Shown one piece after another: positions 63,608-64,000 of a stretch of DNA of 64,000 nucleotides. This DNA is from Actinomycetes bacterium. Lineage in GTDB: Bacteria > Actinomycetota > Actinomycetes > Prado026. Location: assembly GCA_036510875.1 (NCBI GenBank), contig DATCDE010000007.1:3055-67054 (forward strand), in the 5' to 3' direction. Position 1 is the stretch's first letter. Each line of letters starts with the position of its first letter. The translations under genes were made by a program, and so were the position numbers. The notes beneath the pieces are model-generated. The model saw only the letters and a list, made by a program, of their open reading frames with translations, searched no databases and was not told the DNA's origin.

Positions 63608-64000
63608 CCTGGCCACCGCGGCGGCGTCGTTCGGGGCGCTGCTGCACGCGGGTGGGGTGCCGGTCACCCCCGAGCGCAGCGCCCGCTTCGCCGACTCGGT
63701 GCTGCTGGCCGACCCGCTCACGGTCGACGAGCTGTACTGGCTGGCCCGAGTGACGCTGCTGTCGACGCACGGCCAGGTCGACCTGTTCGACCGGGCCTTC
63801 GACCAGGTGTTCCGCGGCTTCGTCGACGTGGCCGACGACCGCGGGGACACCAGCCAGCCGCCGCCCCCGAACACCCGGCCCGGTTCGGACCGGGCGCCGT
63901 CCAAGGACAGCCGGGCGGGTACGGCGCCGTCCCCCCAGCCGAGCGCGACGTCGTCGGGGGACGGCCGCGACGAGGACGGTCCGGAGACCGTGCTCGCGGC
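63600..64000 (+). CDS. coxE: CoxE-like VWA-domain protein. Only the N-terminal part is in the window.
   Basis: GTG start overlaps the coxD stop. The N-terminus (VADLATAAASFGALLHAGGVPVTPERSARFADSVLL...) is typical of CoxE/VWA proteins that follow CoxD. Confidence 0.6.
   Translation, partial: MADLATAAASFGALLHAGGVPVTPERSARFADSVLLADPLTVDELYWLARVTLLSTHGQVDLFDRAFDQVFRGFVDVADDRGDTSQPPPPNTRPGSDRAPSKDSRAGTAPSPQPSATSSGDGRDEDGPETVLA

Noticed and set aside
1-64000. CRISPR arrays, tRNA/rRNA genes, transposases, integrases and prophage genes.
   Set aside because: No direct-repeat/spacer periodicity, no cloverleaf-like conserved RNA gene segments and no IS-type ORFs were recognised. Intergenic spaces are short apart from the few regions discussed.

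Overview
This 64 kb window is high-GC (about 70% by eye) actinobacterial chromosomal DNA, densely coding on both strands. No rRNA, tRNA, CRISPR array, integrase, transposase or phage gene was recognised.

Gene content by region:
- 1-10.2 kb (minus strand): a NarL-type two-component pair, then a Tad/Flp tight-adherence pilus operon (cpaB, tadZ, tadA, a VWA-TadB fusion, tadC) followed by an unusual receiver-GAF protein. A stand-alone DnaB-C-terminal-like RecA-fold ATPase sits on the plus strand, divergent from the kinase.
- 10.5-16.3 kb: fadD, two SRPBCC proteins, an ArsA-like ATPase and a ROK glucokinase.
- 16.3-17.9 kb: a separate tadG/tadE pseudopilin pair. No flp pilin gene was found.
- 18-31 kb: central metabolism and repair, including glpK, pfkA, a class II DAHP synthase, an Ada-AlkA fusion, ogt and a type I-beta DAHP synthase.
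- 31-48 kb: a region syntenic with M. tuberculosis Rv2172c-Rv2178c (PASTA kinase pknL-like, Rv2175c-like, mptA-like, idsA2/crtE-like, metF). Carotenoid genes (crtYc/crtYd, crtB, crtI), a barstar-like gene, an FHA gene and a P-type ATPase are inserted into it.
- 50.1-55.8 kb: a second carotenoid block (crtD-like desaturase, GT2 glycosyltransferase, CruF-like gene, CrtA-like gene and a frameshifted acyltransferase-3). Together these predict an oxygenated, glycosylated and possibly acylated carotenoid.
- 57.1-57.9 kb: a small-protein plus SAV_6107-type HEPN pair.
- 58-64 kb: a form-I-type CO dehydrogenase operon coxMSL, then an XdhC-like gene with a C-terminal YHS/TRASH domain, coxD and coxE (truncated at the window end).

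All calls rest on reading the translations and motifs myself. No database search was run. Coordinates that I derived by hand may be off by a few nucleotides at start codons.
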